From NCBI GenBank assembly GCA_000320545.1, contig ADNK01002523.1, positions 1 to 64,000 on the forward strand: a DNA stretch of 64,000 nucleotides, read 5' to 3'. Shown one piece after another: positions 13,601 to 26,505 of the stretch. Within the stretch, counting starts at the first letter, position 1. Each line of letters begins with the position of its first letter. The position numbers were made by a program, and so were the translations under genes. The stretch is from Bigelowiella natans CCMP2755. Its lineage: Eukaryota; Protista; Cercozoa. The notes beneath the pieces are model-generated. The model worked only from the letters and a program-made list of their open reading frames with translations. It was not told the origin of the DNA and made no database searches.

Positions 13601-15691
13601 TCATCCCAACTTTCTTTTCTTCACTTCACGTCCCTCTCCGTTGACTGGTGAAATAATAACCAAGTAAAATACCGCAGGTTCTGCTGCATGATAAAAGAAT
13701 GGATGGGGGAAAAACATAAAGTACACTACTTCTTCCTCGCCGCATCTTACATCTACAAAATACTCATGACCCAAAACACTAATAATGCCTTGATTTAGTA
13801 CAAATTTCGTTCGTTCCAACGTCAAAGTCCTCGGTACATTTATATAGCATTACCATTCCCTTCGGGGTCGTTGTCATCGTCGTCGTTGTCCTCCCCATCA
13901 TCGTCGTCATCGTTGCTATCTGTGTGATGTGAGCGTGTTAGCCTGTGCTAGAGAAATCTTCGCATTTAACACCATAGCCCTCATCATTATCATCATTATC
14001 ATCATCATCATCGTCGCTCTAACAACCCCTTATTCCTTCTACTTAACAGTGTGTGATGTGTGAGTAATAGTAATGAATTATTACTCACACATCACACACT
14101 AACAACAGCTTTGATTAACAATGTGTCTATCACCAATATCGATCTCTTCTGGATTTCCAGCTGCACTTTTGGTTGCTGCTGCTGCTGCTGCATCGGTATT
14201 CTTTCCACCTAAGAAGGAGCGAATGATGTTGGTCTTCCATCTTGTCTGTGTTATCATCTCATACCGTGCATGCAGCTTCTCATTGGTCAAACTACTATCA
14301 TTTTGAAACCATACCTATTACTACTACTACTACTACTATCACCATCACTGCTGCTAAGCGTATGACGACACACGCACACATACACACACACGCACACGCA
14401 CACGCACACACGTTGTGCTGATTGCAATATTAAACAGACACACAATATGAGATGATGAACATCGCATTTATGACAACAACACAGCTTCTTCACGAGACTA
14501 ACAATACCTTCAGTGCCCTTCTCCTTTCCGTCATCATCGTCGTCATCGTCATCGTCAATATCTATTTCTTCTGGATTATTCTCTCTTGACACAACGCTTA
14601 ATAACGGTTTCGAGTGCTGCTGCTTTTGCTCCTTCTCCTCCTCCCCGGAGAGGTACTTTCCTATTATATCAGGAATCTTCAAACGCCGCAGGATTTCCAC
14701 CGTCTGAGGGTTGCTTACAAACCTGACATTATGCGTGAGTTAGAAGGCTGTTTGAGAATATCATGATGCCGCACAAGATGATGATGACGATGACAATAAC
14801 AATAACACAAACTTCTTGACCACAAGATGCATCTGCTGCTGGCATGAATGCACACAAAATGCACACAATGCTTTGAGCGTTGTGATTGTTACTGTTGTTG
14901 TGTGTGTTCTTGTCATCATATTGCAAGGAGTAGTAGTAGTAGTAGTAGTTATAGTAGTACATGGTAGGTGGGGTTCCCCTCTTTGGATGTTGCTTCTCAT
15001 CCCACGACACGCTGGTAGGCTGGAAATTCTCAGGGACTTTCAGGTGGTAGTTTTGATCATCGTTATGAGCATCCTCGTTATCTCCCTCCCCCCCCTTGCT
15101 AGGTGTCTTCGGCATAGAATCCTTCAATAGCTTGTCCACCTTTTTGGGCAAGAAAAACAGGGTGAGTGTGGGGGTGAGAAAATGCGTGAGCGTGCACGTG
15201 CTCTTTTTGCTCATTGATTGATACATTGATGCATTCATACGACCGTTTCTTTCTCTTCCTCGGTGGGCCTGAAATCATATCTTGATGATGACGATGGTGA
15301 TGCTGATGCTGGTGACGATGATGACGAGGAAGCTCCTATTTGATGTTGTTGTTGCTGCTGCTGCTGCTGCTGTGGGTCCAAAGTTGGGGGGCGGTGGTGC
15401 TGAAATGGCCTGATGAAGCTAGGATGCACAGGCATCTGGACATTGCCGCGAGCCGTCGATAGAAGGCTATTGGTGCTGTAAGATGGGAATGCTGTGGTTA
15501 CTACTCATTGCTTGAAAATAGGAACTACACACTACCAATGATAGGAAGGACTGCTGTGCTTGTTGCTGCTTACTTGCAACTAGGAATTACGTCGTATAAC
15601 TACTACAACTACTACTACTACTACTACTACTACTACAACCAATACTACTACCAATTGTAGTAGTAGTAGTAGTAGTATAACGTACCACCAC

Positions 15692-15723
<32 letters not shown>

Positions 15724-15962
15724 CTCTCCGTTTTGCAGGAATAATCAACGTACGACAGCGACGATGACAATAATGCTAGTGAAATCTTCTTCCCCCCCCC
15801 GCCATCATCGCTCCGACCTTCGCATGATCGCCAGCCATTCTCGGTCATACTCGAGTGTAGGAAGAACACGAGAAATCGAGGAGGACAAGGGCGATGACGA
15901 CGACTCGACGCTTATGATCTGTGAGGAATGAGGAGGGGTCATCATGTTATAACAGATTATTC

Positions 15963-16002
<40 letters not shown>

Positions 16003-16246
16003 GAGAAGAGGAGGATAGAGAGAGAAAACAAACAAGTATATTATTATTACTGCACAGCACACAGCATGACCTGTAAGAAATCATGGCGAGGTAGACATTT
16101 TCCCAATGCAAGAAATCGAGTTGTGCCACCACTCTTATGCCTTTTCGAAGGTGACCATATCCAGAAAGAGGAATCATAATAATTAAACATCATTTCATCA
16201 TTCTCCTGCCAATCTCCCAATAATACACCACAAAAAGGGGAGGACC

Positions 16247-16300
<54 letters not shown>

Positions 16301-16416
16301 CTCTGATTATTACCGAACGATAGCAGGAAACTTGACGTGGAGATGTGCAGAGAACCAGTACTTTGGCTTGAGGATCTGCACAAGAGAGAAACAAGGAAAA
16401 GGAAGAAGGATATAAC

Positions 16417-16469
<53 letters not shown>

Positions 16470-16799
16470 GGTCTGAAAAAATATAGGCTACAACGTCCGG
16501 CAATGCCTCAAAACTCAGATATTTGGTAATAATGATCACCAGAATACCGAAGACGAGTTCATAATACAGCTTGGAAACGTCGCAACTTTTTCCCAGAGTG
16601 AATAATGAAACGATATATGTATTGGTACAACATTGAGGAGCTTTGTGTGAGCAGGATTTCCAAGAGAATTATCGGCAATTTCCCTCCTAAGTGACGTGCC
16701 ACGAAGCAATTGGAGAACATAATTATGAGAAGATCACAACATCTGCCTGCCGAGAAATAGAGCTGCTCGTCGTTATAGAAAAGGAAGGAAGGGGAGAAG

Positions 16800-16838
<39 letters not shown>

Positions 16839-18042
16839 GAAATTTTGTCCTTCAAGCAGCAATAGCATAGGGTTGACAGAGTAAAGCAGAAAGATCATTA
16901 TTCGTAGCACCACACATAACACATCATGTTCATAACGTAATCTATCGAGATCTTACTCAAAATGACGTTTCCTCCTAATCAAGTGCTGCACGTTCCCATA
17001 ATGGTATATTCCTAGCAGCAGATATAATGATGATACTTAAACCGTATTCTCTCGCTATTATTTCGATACGTATTGAAATCTCCTTAGAAACAAAGATGAT
17101 CCTTAGTGACTAATATGGCTAAGTTTACTCTCATTGCAAGCAGAAGACTTGTGCTACTGTTGCCAAATTCTTATCCTCCTCCGACAAAACATGCATTCAC
17201 AAACTCACTCTGCGGCCAGTCGTGAGAAATAAACACATCGATCGGCTCTGCAACCTTGAGAAGACAAATGCAACGGAATAGAAGAAGAAGAAGAAGAAGA
17301 AGAAGAAGAAGAAGAGAACAGGAGAACGAAGAGAAAGCCAACCGGATTGCGAAGAGACCGAGAAGAAGGAGAGGAGGGGGTCGTTAGTAGATGCAGTAGA
17401 AGAAGGAATGTAGGGAGGGGGGGGGGGTTAGAGAATGAAGGCTAAGGAAATGGATGATCGGAAAGCATAAGAGAGATAATTTTATGACTTGAAAGGAACG
17501 TACAAACACAAGAATGTACGTAACAATCAAGTTGTACCAACAACAACAATTACCTGAAGTAGCCGAAACACGTCCGTCTCTCGCACATGGTATATGCTCC
17601 GCATTGTTCCATCATTGAGCGGCAGCTTTTCGCTAAAGAAGCATGTTTCTTGGTTATAACAACAACTACAACAACAACTCGCTAATTATCTTCACAACAT
17701 TAGGCGGATGATGATGATGATGATAGCAGTGATGACACTCTGTTTTTTGTGCCCGTGTTTGTGTACGCGAAATTATTCAGTAACGTAACAAAACAGGGGA
17801 TGCTGCTTCTTCTTCCTCTTCTTCTTCCTCTTCAGCAACTGTATAAGATATAACTCTCATCATCAGAGACGTACTGGAAGCCTTGATGAAAGTGGTTGCG
17901 CTTGTAGATTCCGCTCAGACCCGCTATTCTTATCCCGCACACGTTGAGCACACTGTCAAGTTGGCGTCCGCAAGCAACGGCAGCGGGGACGACGATAATG
18001 ACGATGACGAGAATAAAAACAATTATAGTTATGATGATTATA

Positions 18043-18077
<35 letters not shown>

Positions 18078-18820
18078 ACTTTGCATGCCCCATGTAGTAA
18101 ATATTCGGAGCCACCCAGCCACCATGAAAGAGCTCCATGTGATAGTTCGACGCCTAACATGTCAGCTTATGGAATCAATCACCGATTATCTAGCACAATA
18201 TGGTTTCATGCTCAACAAATACCTCGTGATTCCCAGCTACATACAACGTGAGTACTGGAGCTTTCTGTTTGATTTGTGATAAGATAATAGTGAATATGTG
18301 ATAGGATGGTGACTAATGCTTGGACCGACCTTTTGACCGGAGAAATACTTGTAGAAAGTATTCATCTCTCTGTACTTCACTGGACACGCCATGCAGGCTA
18401 GGTCATCCGGGTTGCGAACCTTTCGGAGAGCACGAATCGCATTGCACTTCATGGCTTGAATGGATGCACACACATCCGCGCCATAACGGGCAAATCATGA
18501 GTCACACTCGAACGACTATTTCTAACTGATCAGTTGCATATAACATCCAAGCTGGAAATGATATCATGTAATGCATAGCAACCGCTAACCAACCGCTTGG
18601 AAGTCGCCGCAGCAGACTAGCACGTCCACTTTGATACCATCTTTCTTCTCAACGAGAGCAATAGTTTCATAGATCTTATCCAACTCGCCTGCAAATGCAC
18701 AAAATGAAAGACTTATCATTCTCCACACCTTCTTTCCCCATTCTAATCATCAATACCATGCGCACAGCCGACAACGGCGACCCGCACGGGAGAGCCCTTC
18801 CTGCTCGTAGTTCCGTCCAT
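13601..18820 (-). CDS. DBR1: RNA lariat debranching enzyme (metallophosphoesterase), many exons
   Basis: Spliced translation [22 protein letters not shown]|ELDKIYETI...[11 protein letters not shown]|[32 protein letters not shown]|[65 protein letters not shown], followed by an acidic NPEEIDI tail. The last exons are approximate. Confidence 0.95.
14048..14100. repeat. Perfect 22-bp inverted repeat (9-nt loop) inside a DBR1 intron
   Basis: agtgtgtgatgtgtgagtaata (14048-14069) is the reverse complement of tattactcacacatcacacact (14079-14100). Confidence 0.9.
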
Positions 18821-18916
18821 GGGTCGACTCTGACCCAAAATTGCATGTTGTCTCAGGCACAAAAACGAAGGGGATTTTACCTAAAAATATGCCCAGGATC
18901 CAGAAACACGCACATA

Positions 18917-19340
18917 TCGGATGCATGAATGAAAGGGTTCCTCAGTGTCTGATGGTGTTTCATTCTTTCCTTCTGTGGTGAGCTGTCTTTCTTCCTGTTG
19001 TCTTTCTTTGAAGAACTCATTCTTCGACTGAATTCCGATGAATTTGAAGATCATCGAGCTGTGTGCCAGTCTCTGCTTCAGTCTAAGCGTCACCAAGGCG
19101 CTGGAGTCAGGTGCAAAGCATCCCGATCGATCGACGTTCCTCTCCGAACAGTCGTGCAATTAAGTTCTCATGTTGTCCCTGGCTACGTCAACACCAGCAC
19201 GGACTTGCAAATTGGTGAAACCGTGCAGCAGCTTTCAATTGTTGGTGGCGCAAAGCACAGTCTCGACCTGCCTCGAGGTGGATGCGTTGCACGCGCTGGA
19301 CGCTCATTGGTCAAAACTGATGATGACTCGCATCGTCTGC
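18917..19340. other. TpA-depleted intergenic block upstream of DBR1
   Basis: Three TpA in about 424 bp (19084, 19161, 19184). Confidence 0.85.
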
Positions 19341-19929
19341 TAGCTGGCTAGCTGGGGGTGTAATCGTCCCAAGTGTTTTTCAACTGCACCCCAATGCACT
19401 CATGTGGATCACACAGCAAACATGTGGCGATTCTCAGCATCAATGATGTTGTATGGGCGCTGAGCTCACACATGCTAACAGCACTAAGAGCAGGCTTGCA
19501 TTGAAGGCGTGATCGAGCTGGATCGTGATCGTGGGGACTACTGAAACTGTCTAGCTGTGCGCACGCATCTCTGTGCTGCTAAGTCAATTTGATTGATGTC
19601 TGGAGTCGACAAACCCACACTGGAGAGGAGGAAATGGGTGGCAAGGCCGCACGCGCACATGGATTTCATGAGCTTTGTAGAAGTACTGACTCACATCGCG
19701 GTGACACTATACAAGTACTGCAATACAAGGTAACATTTCTTCAAAATGTGGAGGAGGGTACACATCAGCTTACATGATGATGCATTGCAAAACACATTGA
19801 GTGAAGAAGAAGTTGCGCATTGTACTTCAGTTCGTAGTGTTCTCTTAATCATCTGACCCCAGCAAATGATGAGTGTCAACAAGCTACAGCGACGATACGC
19901 TGATACGCTCCTTTGAGGAGCGTCGGTAT

Positions 19930-21607
19930 TCAGTCCTTCTTATCGTTGCCAACCATAAGGAAGGTGGCGTTCGCCGAAAAGTATTTCTGATTAGCTTGCC
20001 TGAGCCTCTCAGCTCTGTTGTTTTTATTGACTAATTCTATGCCTTGAACTGGAGTCATGGCAAAACTGGATTGCGTTCCCGACACCTTCCTAGTGCTTGC
20101 ACCAGGGATAATACGTCGTAGTTGGGCTTTTGTTTTCCTTGCGAGTCTCTTTTTCAGTTTTTGGTTATCCTCCACGTGTGCCCGTAGAGAACCAGTACCC
20201 GAAACTCCTATCATACCAAATTCCTCACCTGTATATTCGTTGACAGCCTGTTGCTTCCCGAAGACCATACGGTTCTTTTGCTTCATTAGTTCCGTTATCT
20301 TCGATCGTTCACGCTGTTTTCTGTAACGTTTACCACCTCGTCGCCTTCGAGGCTTATCTTCTGGCACTGGCAGTGCTTTCTTAGCTTTTGGAGGTGGAGG
20401 TTCCTGCCATTTCTCTATCTTCTTCACGATGACCTCGCGCAGTCGCACCCCCTCGGAGCTGTCGCTCTGGGCGGTGGTCATATAAGAATCAATTCTGGCT
20501 GCCAAAGCACACTTTGCTGCTAGCAATCGAATAGCTCGCTGTTTCAAATCACTAGGTGTGCTCAACATGATGTCTGTCTGCCCAAGAAGTCCCTGATGCA
20601 TATTTGCGACAGTGCTGGCGAATCCTCCTAGGATATTTCGCTTTACACCCAGGACCTGCATGTTGCAGGAAGGCATCTCGCTGAGTTCTTTTAGCCCTCC
20701 TGCAATGCCCATGATTCTGGCGGCTATTTCAGGGCCAATAATCGCTGTAAGGTTTGGGGCAATCAGGTTCATCCTACTCTCAACGTAAGTGTAGATGCCC
20801 TTCTTGGCATTGAGGAGGTCGATTATCGCTTCACAGCCTTCTAGAACTTGCTTCAGGACCTCAGGGGGCAGAGGTTTACCAGCGGTCGTGGTTGCTGTGA
20901 CTGTGATTGTCAACTGGACATTTTGTGGAACAAACTCCCCGAGATCGATTCCGCTTACATCGTGCTTGTTGCCGATTGCCTTCACGACTTGTGCGTATTC
21001 GTAGGGATGCGGCACTAGGTCACTCAACTCAGGAAACTTCGTGGCGTACAGGTCTCGCACATACTTGTGTATCGAAAACATTTCCTGGTCGATCTTACCG
21101 GTGAGCTCGTTGCTCTTCACGATCACATCATATTCCTCAGCCTTGTCGGCATCAGTTTGCTTGTTCATCTTCTCTATCAGCTCCATGTGGTCGCTCAGTC
21201 TCTTATCCTCCTGATTAAGTAAGGTAGCGATTTTTTCTACCAGAGTTCCGGTGTTACTGGTCTCATTCCTCTGCTCATCGTCCTTAGTTTCATCATCAAG
21301 GGTGTCGATGTCCTTGTAGTCGAGAACGTCAAGAAGTGGCTCCTCGTTATCCGCGGTTTGCTTTATTTAATAAGACATCATGAGAATAATTGTATTTGCA
21401 CAAAAGTCCCTCGAGACGTGGGTTGTAACAGTGTTTTAAAAGCATCATTTACCTGAGCCCCCTCCTGCTCCTGGGCCTGTTGTTCCTCCTCCTCCTCGGA
21501 GTCAGGTTCGTCGAAGTCTGCCAAGAAAGCGTCTGCTAGGGTTGCCTATGAAATAAGAGGGAATATCAGGAATGATTCGAAAAAGGTTGGGGGGTCCGTG
21601 ATACCAT
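19930..21607 (-). CDS. PRPF31: U4/U6 snRNP protein Prp31 (Nop domain)
   Basis: M|ATLADAFLADFDE N-terminus (ATG at 21607 followed directly by an intron). Also IHKYVRDLYATKFPELSDLVP, YVESRMNLIAPNLTAIIG, GGLKELSEMPSCNMQVLG, KIEKWQEPPPPK..KALPVP...RRRGGKRYRK and SGTQSSFAMTPVQGIELVN. Confidence 0.97.
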
Positions 21608-22098
21608 GTTCCAGGTCTAGTTGATAGAGGAGGCGAGGAGGGCAGGACGGAGTTTGCTATAAGAATTATTATGACGATTGGGTAAATTAGAAAAATCATA
21701 AAATGTCCTATAATACGATTAAGAGACATGAAATAAGTACCTATTTCAAAAAAATAGACGGCTTCTTACACATACTGGGCTGCTATATCTGCGAGGGAAG
21801 ATTGGACTGCGCGAGAGAGTTTCGAAAAAGAATGAGTTCTGACCGAATTTCGTGCCGAGTTTGACGTAATATAGTATGGATACCATTTTATCAGATATTA
21901 CCTCGATGAATATTTATCTATTGTGAAGCTTGGAACTACCTAGGTTTATCGAGGAATGATATAAATTTATATCCCCAATTAGGAAGTTATTTAAGCACAA
22001 AATATCTATATTTATCAACCAAAAATCGGGAGTGAGTCCAACCGGTGAGGGAAGTCTAAGCCAGGTGGTATCAGGGCAGAGAAATCTTGCTCCCAAGG

Positions 22099-23712
22099 AT
22101 GAATGCTCAGGAGAAGAAGAGGCTCGAGGACCTCAGGAAGGCGCAGCTTGCCAAGAATGGAGGAAATGGTAAGGCAGCTGCTGCCAGTAAGCGCCTTGAC
22201 ACCCTTGGGACACGAAGAGGAGCGCCCTCCGTTCCAACTGCGTCTTCGTCCTCGTCATCCGCACCCTCCCTTCCAGCGAAAAGTCGTCTGGCTCCACGCA
22301 AATCTAGTGCGTCTCGGAGGATCTTCGTTCCGAACCAGGTGAATAGAATCGAGCACATATCTGCGTCTGGGCTTTTTCGGAAGGAAGAAGCACGCATGTG
22401 ATGACTAACTAACTCCTCCTTGCCGTCTTTGCTGATTGTATGTTCGTCCTCGCAGAAAAAAAAAGCAGCCGGGAAAAAGCCAACTACGTCGATAATACCA
22501 ACCAGAAAGACTCGAAAATTCCGTCCCAATCCGTCGTCTAAGACCCCTAAAAGGCGTCAGGCTCAACTCACTTCACGAGTGGCCTTTACTGCATCGAATT
22601 CAAGGGTAGTAGTATGTGTGTACGTATGTGTGTACGTATGATGTATCTATGATAATTCGTGTTTATGTTGGGATGCTTTCATTGCCATCTAAAAACAATG
22701 AAACTATGGTGGTGGCAGAGATCTACTGGTGGATGGAGTAACACTGTCGCTAAGTATGTTAAGAACGAAGCAGGTTCTATCGCCGAGGTCGGTATTTAGA
22801 TCTCATGGAATATAATTCATCTTTCCCTCGTCCCCCCCCCCCTCCTCCTTGTTGTTGTTGCTGATGTCATTATATGGTTCACAAGGTACAACAAGCCATC
22901 ACTCGGAGAGAGATCAAGAAAGATAGGAACCGCGTAAAACTGGAGGCAAAAGATGACTCAAAGCAAATTAATGCAATGGTGTGCTTTGATGTTATTATCC
23001 GCCGAGATGAAGTGTCCAGTGACTGACAAGAATCGTTTTCGCCCTATAATATCGTCGTTATTTAAGGAGGAGGAAGATGTAGAAGAAGAAGAGGATGATG
23101 AGTACGAGGGAGGCCACGAATCGCAGTATCCGCCTATCATTCTACCCTTCGATTTACCAGTAAATCGGCAGCAGCAGCAAATGAAGGTGCAGCTTACTGG
23201 TGGTGGTGGAGGCAGAATTCAGAACATGTTTCTCAGATATCTTTTGTTGTAATACTTCCGGTAAATAGGAAGATACTGTTGCGAATATTTCCAAACTTAA
23301 CCGCAATCGATCCAAAATCATTGAGGATGATGAAGAGGAGGAGGATGATAAAGAGGATGAAAAGGAAAAGCTGAAGGCTCCTAAATCAAAGCTGAACCAA
23401 AGTTCATAGAATTTTTGGAACAGAGCCTACAAGTTTACTGAGATCTGCAATGTTGATGTGGTAGTAGGGGGCTCCTCCTCCTCCTCGACGTGTCTATCAC
23501 TTGCCCAGCATCTTCAACGAACAATAAAAATGTCACAAGAAGAGGGCGATGAATCCCCAAACCCTGAGGTAACAGCAGTAGTAGCAGTGGCAGTAGCAGC
23601 AATAGTATCATAAAAATATGTGACAGCGTATTGGTGATTGGTGTGCATTGGGGTCCCTTTGTATGGTCTTTGGCAAATGCTCATAATCTTTTCCTTTACT
23701 CTCATCTTGACT

Positions 23713-23749
<37 letters not shown>

Positions 23750-25563
23750 CGATTATCGAATTTTGTCCTGCACATTGTTTGAGAGAAGCAAACGCCGGAG
23801 AAGGTTTGGTTTCAGTTATGCTATGCTGCTGGACTGCTTTAGCTGGCCGATTCTTTGGCGTTGTTGTTGTTGTTGATGATGATGATGTTGCACAGATATT
23901 CTTTCTACAACTGCCGACAGCTTTACCGATTCTAGACGCTAAGGAGAAGGAGGTGATGGTATAATATGGAAAATGATGATGATGATGATGATAATGATAA
24001 TGATGATAATGATAATGATGATAATGACAGAGGTGATAAATAGTTGACGTATAGTGCTGTAAGATGTAGCACTTTCTTTATTAGGCCGACGAGACGATAA
24101 AGAAAGAGGAGGGTGCAATAACAGTCAAATCAGAACCTATGGACGGAAGGGTATTATCATCATCATCATCATTAATATCATTCTATATTTTGCAAAGAGG
24201 ACAAGCGACAACTCAACCCCTTTCAAGACATTCTTTCTCTCTCTTCATTGTTATTCGGAAGAGAGGGGGGAAACGATTTGTCGTTCCGGAAATCTTTAAA
24301 ATGCTTACCGATCAAGTTCTCGTTATTGCAACACTCTAAAATGGGGGATCGACCAAATTGTGATTTTCGCCTCGTTATTGTCCACTTGACCACACCACTC
24401 CTACCCATTACTCACGTGTCATGCTAGATATTATGATGCATCGGTATGTTTAACAATCACTGATAGGCTTTTTGCTCACTATCAGTGATGATGAGGGTGA
24501 GTTGGGGATGGATGGTGATAATGATGATGACAATGATAATGATAATGAAGGATTCGCAGTTACGGGAAGACCTGAAGAAGTTTGATGATCGGTCAAAGGT
24601 CGTCATCATCTTCTCCTCCTCCGCTGATTCTCTAGCTGCTATATCATACCTCTACATGATTTACATTTCTTTCAGAAACTTCACCAAGAACAGCTACATG
24701 TCTTCAACGACGAGATAGGTACATGTTTGACTTGTGCACACAAAAATTTGAAAAGACGATCTTCCAAGACCACGAAATGTGTGACATCGAGCAAAATATA
24801 GCATAAATGTATTCTAAAATATTTTGTTTGAAGCTTTCTTCTGTAACTTCGAATCGCCGTCGCATTATTTTCACCACCAGAAATGTTATTTTTCGCAGAT
24901 GATGACATTCGGGCCCTCCCAGAACAGGCTGTCGGAATGCTTCAAATACGTACGACAAGATGATTTTCTTAACCAGGCCTTGTTGCGTTCTAGTGATGCT
25001 CTCTCACATGATGATGGCACGCTCATTTTGTTCTTTGTTTCTCAGATAAATCTGGGAAAGTTCGGTTGAAGCTTGGCGATGTTTCATTGCTGGTGAAGTA
25101 GTTGAATACGAAAAAGGATGGCTGTTGATCATACACTACCAGTGATGTATCTTCATCATATTCTTCTTCGTCTACAATTCAGGTTACGGAGGGCGCCCAA
25201 CCTGCATTCCACCAGAGCATCTTCTCCCTGGTGTGGCAAAGAAAGAAGAAAAGAAAGAAGAAGAGGAGGAGGGCGGAGAGGATGGAATGGGCGGGACCAC
25301 AAGCAGCAGCACCAAAAATATTGTTTCTTGTTCTTGTTGTTGTTGTTGTTTTTACACAGGACCCGTCCAAAGGAAGGGCCTGTGAGCTTGGAGATGTGGA
25401 GACAAGGTATCATGATGATGAGGAGGAGGAACCATTTCTTTTAAAAGGCCTGCATTTGAGTTTCTCATTATCGAATAATTCCAACTTGTTCATTATAACC
25501 AGGCTTATCTGTAGCTTGGATGTCGATGATTTATTGTCCGGGGTGAATAATTCGAATGCATGA
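22099..25563 (+). CDS. POLR3D: RNA polymerase III subunit RPC4 (C53)
   Basis: N-terminal KFRPNP motif, YPPIILPF and IFFLQLPTALP. The C-terminal RPC4 domain reads VGMLQIHKSGKVRLKLGDVSLL|VTEGAQPAFHQSIFSL|DPSKGRACELGDVETR|LICSLDVDDLL. Confidence 0.88.
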
Positions 25564-26505
25564 ATATGCATAGCTAGATAGCTAGATAGGCATACACCAC
25601 TGGCTAGCTGGGTCGTGAAGTTTATTTGGTGTGTCAGTCTTATTGTTGCTGCATACGTACGCGTACGCTACGTCGTCAGCTCTATCTAGAGCTCTAGAGC
25701 AAGATGTACTAGCTAGCTAGTCTAGTAGTGTAGGTAATAATGGTCATTCTAGCACTTGATTGTTGCGGCGAGAACTAGAGATACGATGTACATATCTAGC
25801 TAGATGTGATTCATAAGACTGCAATCTAGCAATGCTAGAATGGTTACATTCTAGCATTTCAGCCTTGCAATGCATTATGCATGCAATATGGGTTGCTGAA
25901 CAAGTCAAAAAGTAATAATTAAGCGTGACTCACGCATGTTGTACGATTCTTTTCGCATCGATTATGCATGCTAGCATGCATCCATTCTAGCATCACTAGA
26001 TCTAGAGATCATTGTCTGTGTTGCACCTGCAGCTATTTTACTATACATTATCTAGATATGTCTAGATGCACGATGGGGCGAGTACGTCAGCTCTGCGCTA
26101 CACTACTATATAAAACTAGCTAGCTAGTGCATGCAGCATGCGTATGCGAGCAAGTCAGATGTGCCAGCTAGTAGATATGTTAGGTTCTCATGGACAGTCA
26201 AGCTTGTCTCATCTAGTCGTGCGGATGTACAAGCTAGCAAGCACATAGTTACGTTAAGTAAGCTATTAGAAGCCTATTGGTACGTTGTATGCAGGTTACG
26301 ACACCACGAAATATGTAAGCAAGGACGTAACCATAGCTACCAGACAAGAGTTTAGTTGTATTAAGATGAATAAATGGATCTGTGCCGCCCATTTTCGACA
26401 AGACCCGATGAGTGACATATGTTCCAATCACACAGGAGCGCTAACTGTCAGCATCAAATTGAGAAAGCTAGTAGTACATAGTATCAGTAAGAATGAAATA
26501 AGCTC
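25564..26505. other. CTAG-rich, CC/GG-poor convergent 3' intergenic region (type example)
   Basis: About 22 CTAG and only about 13 CC+GG in 25621-26160 (hand count). CpG is not visibly depleted. Confidence 0.85.

Noticed and set aside
25564-26505. Ordinary CpG-methylation decay as the cause of the 3'-flank composition
   Set aside because: CpG remains frequent (cgtacgcgtacg, gcggcg). The depleted dinucleotides are CC and GG.
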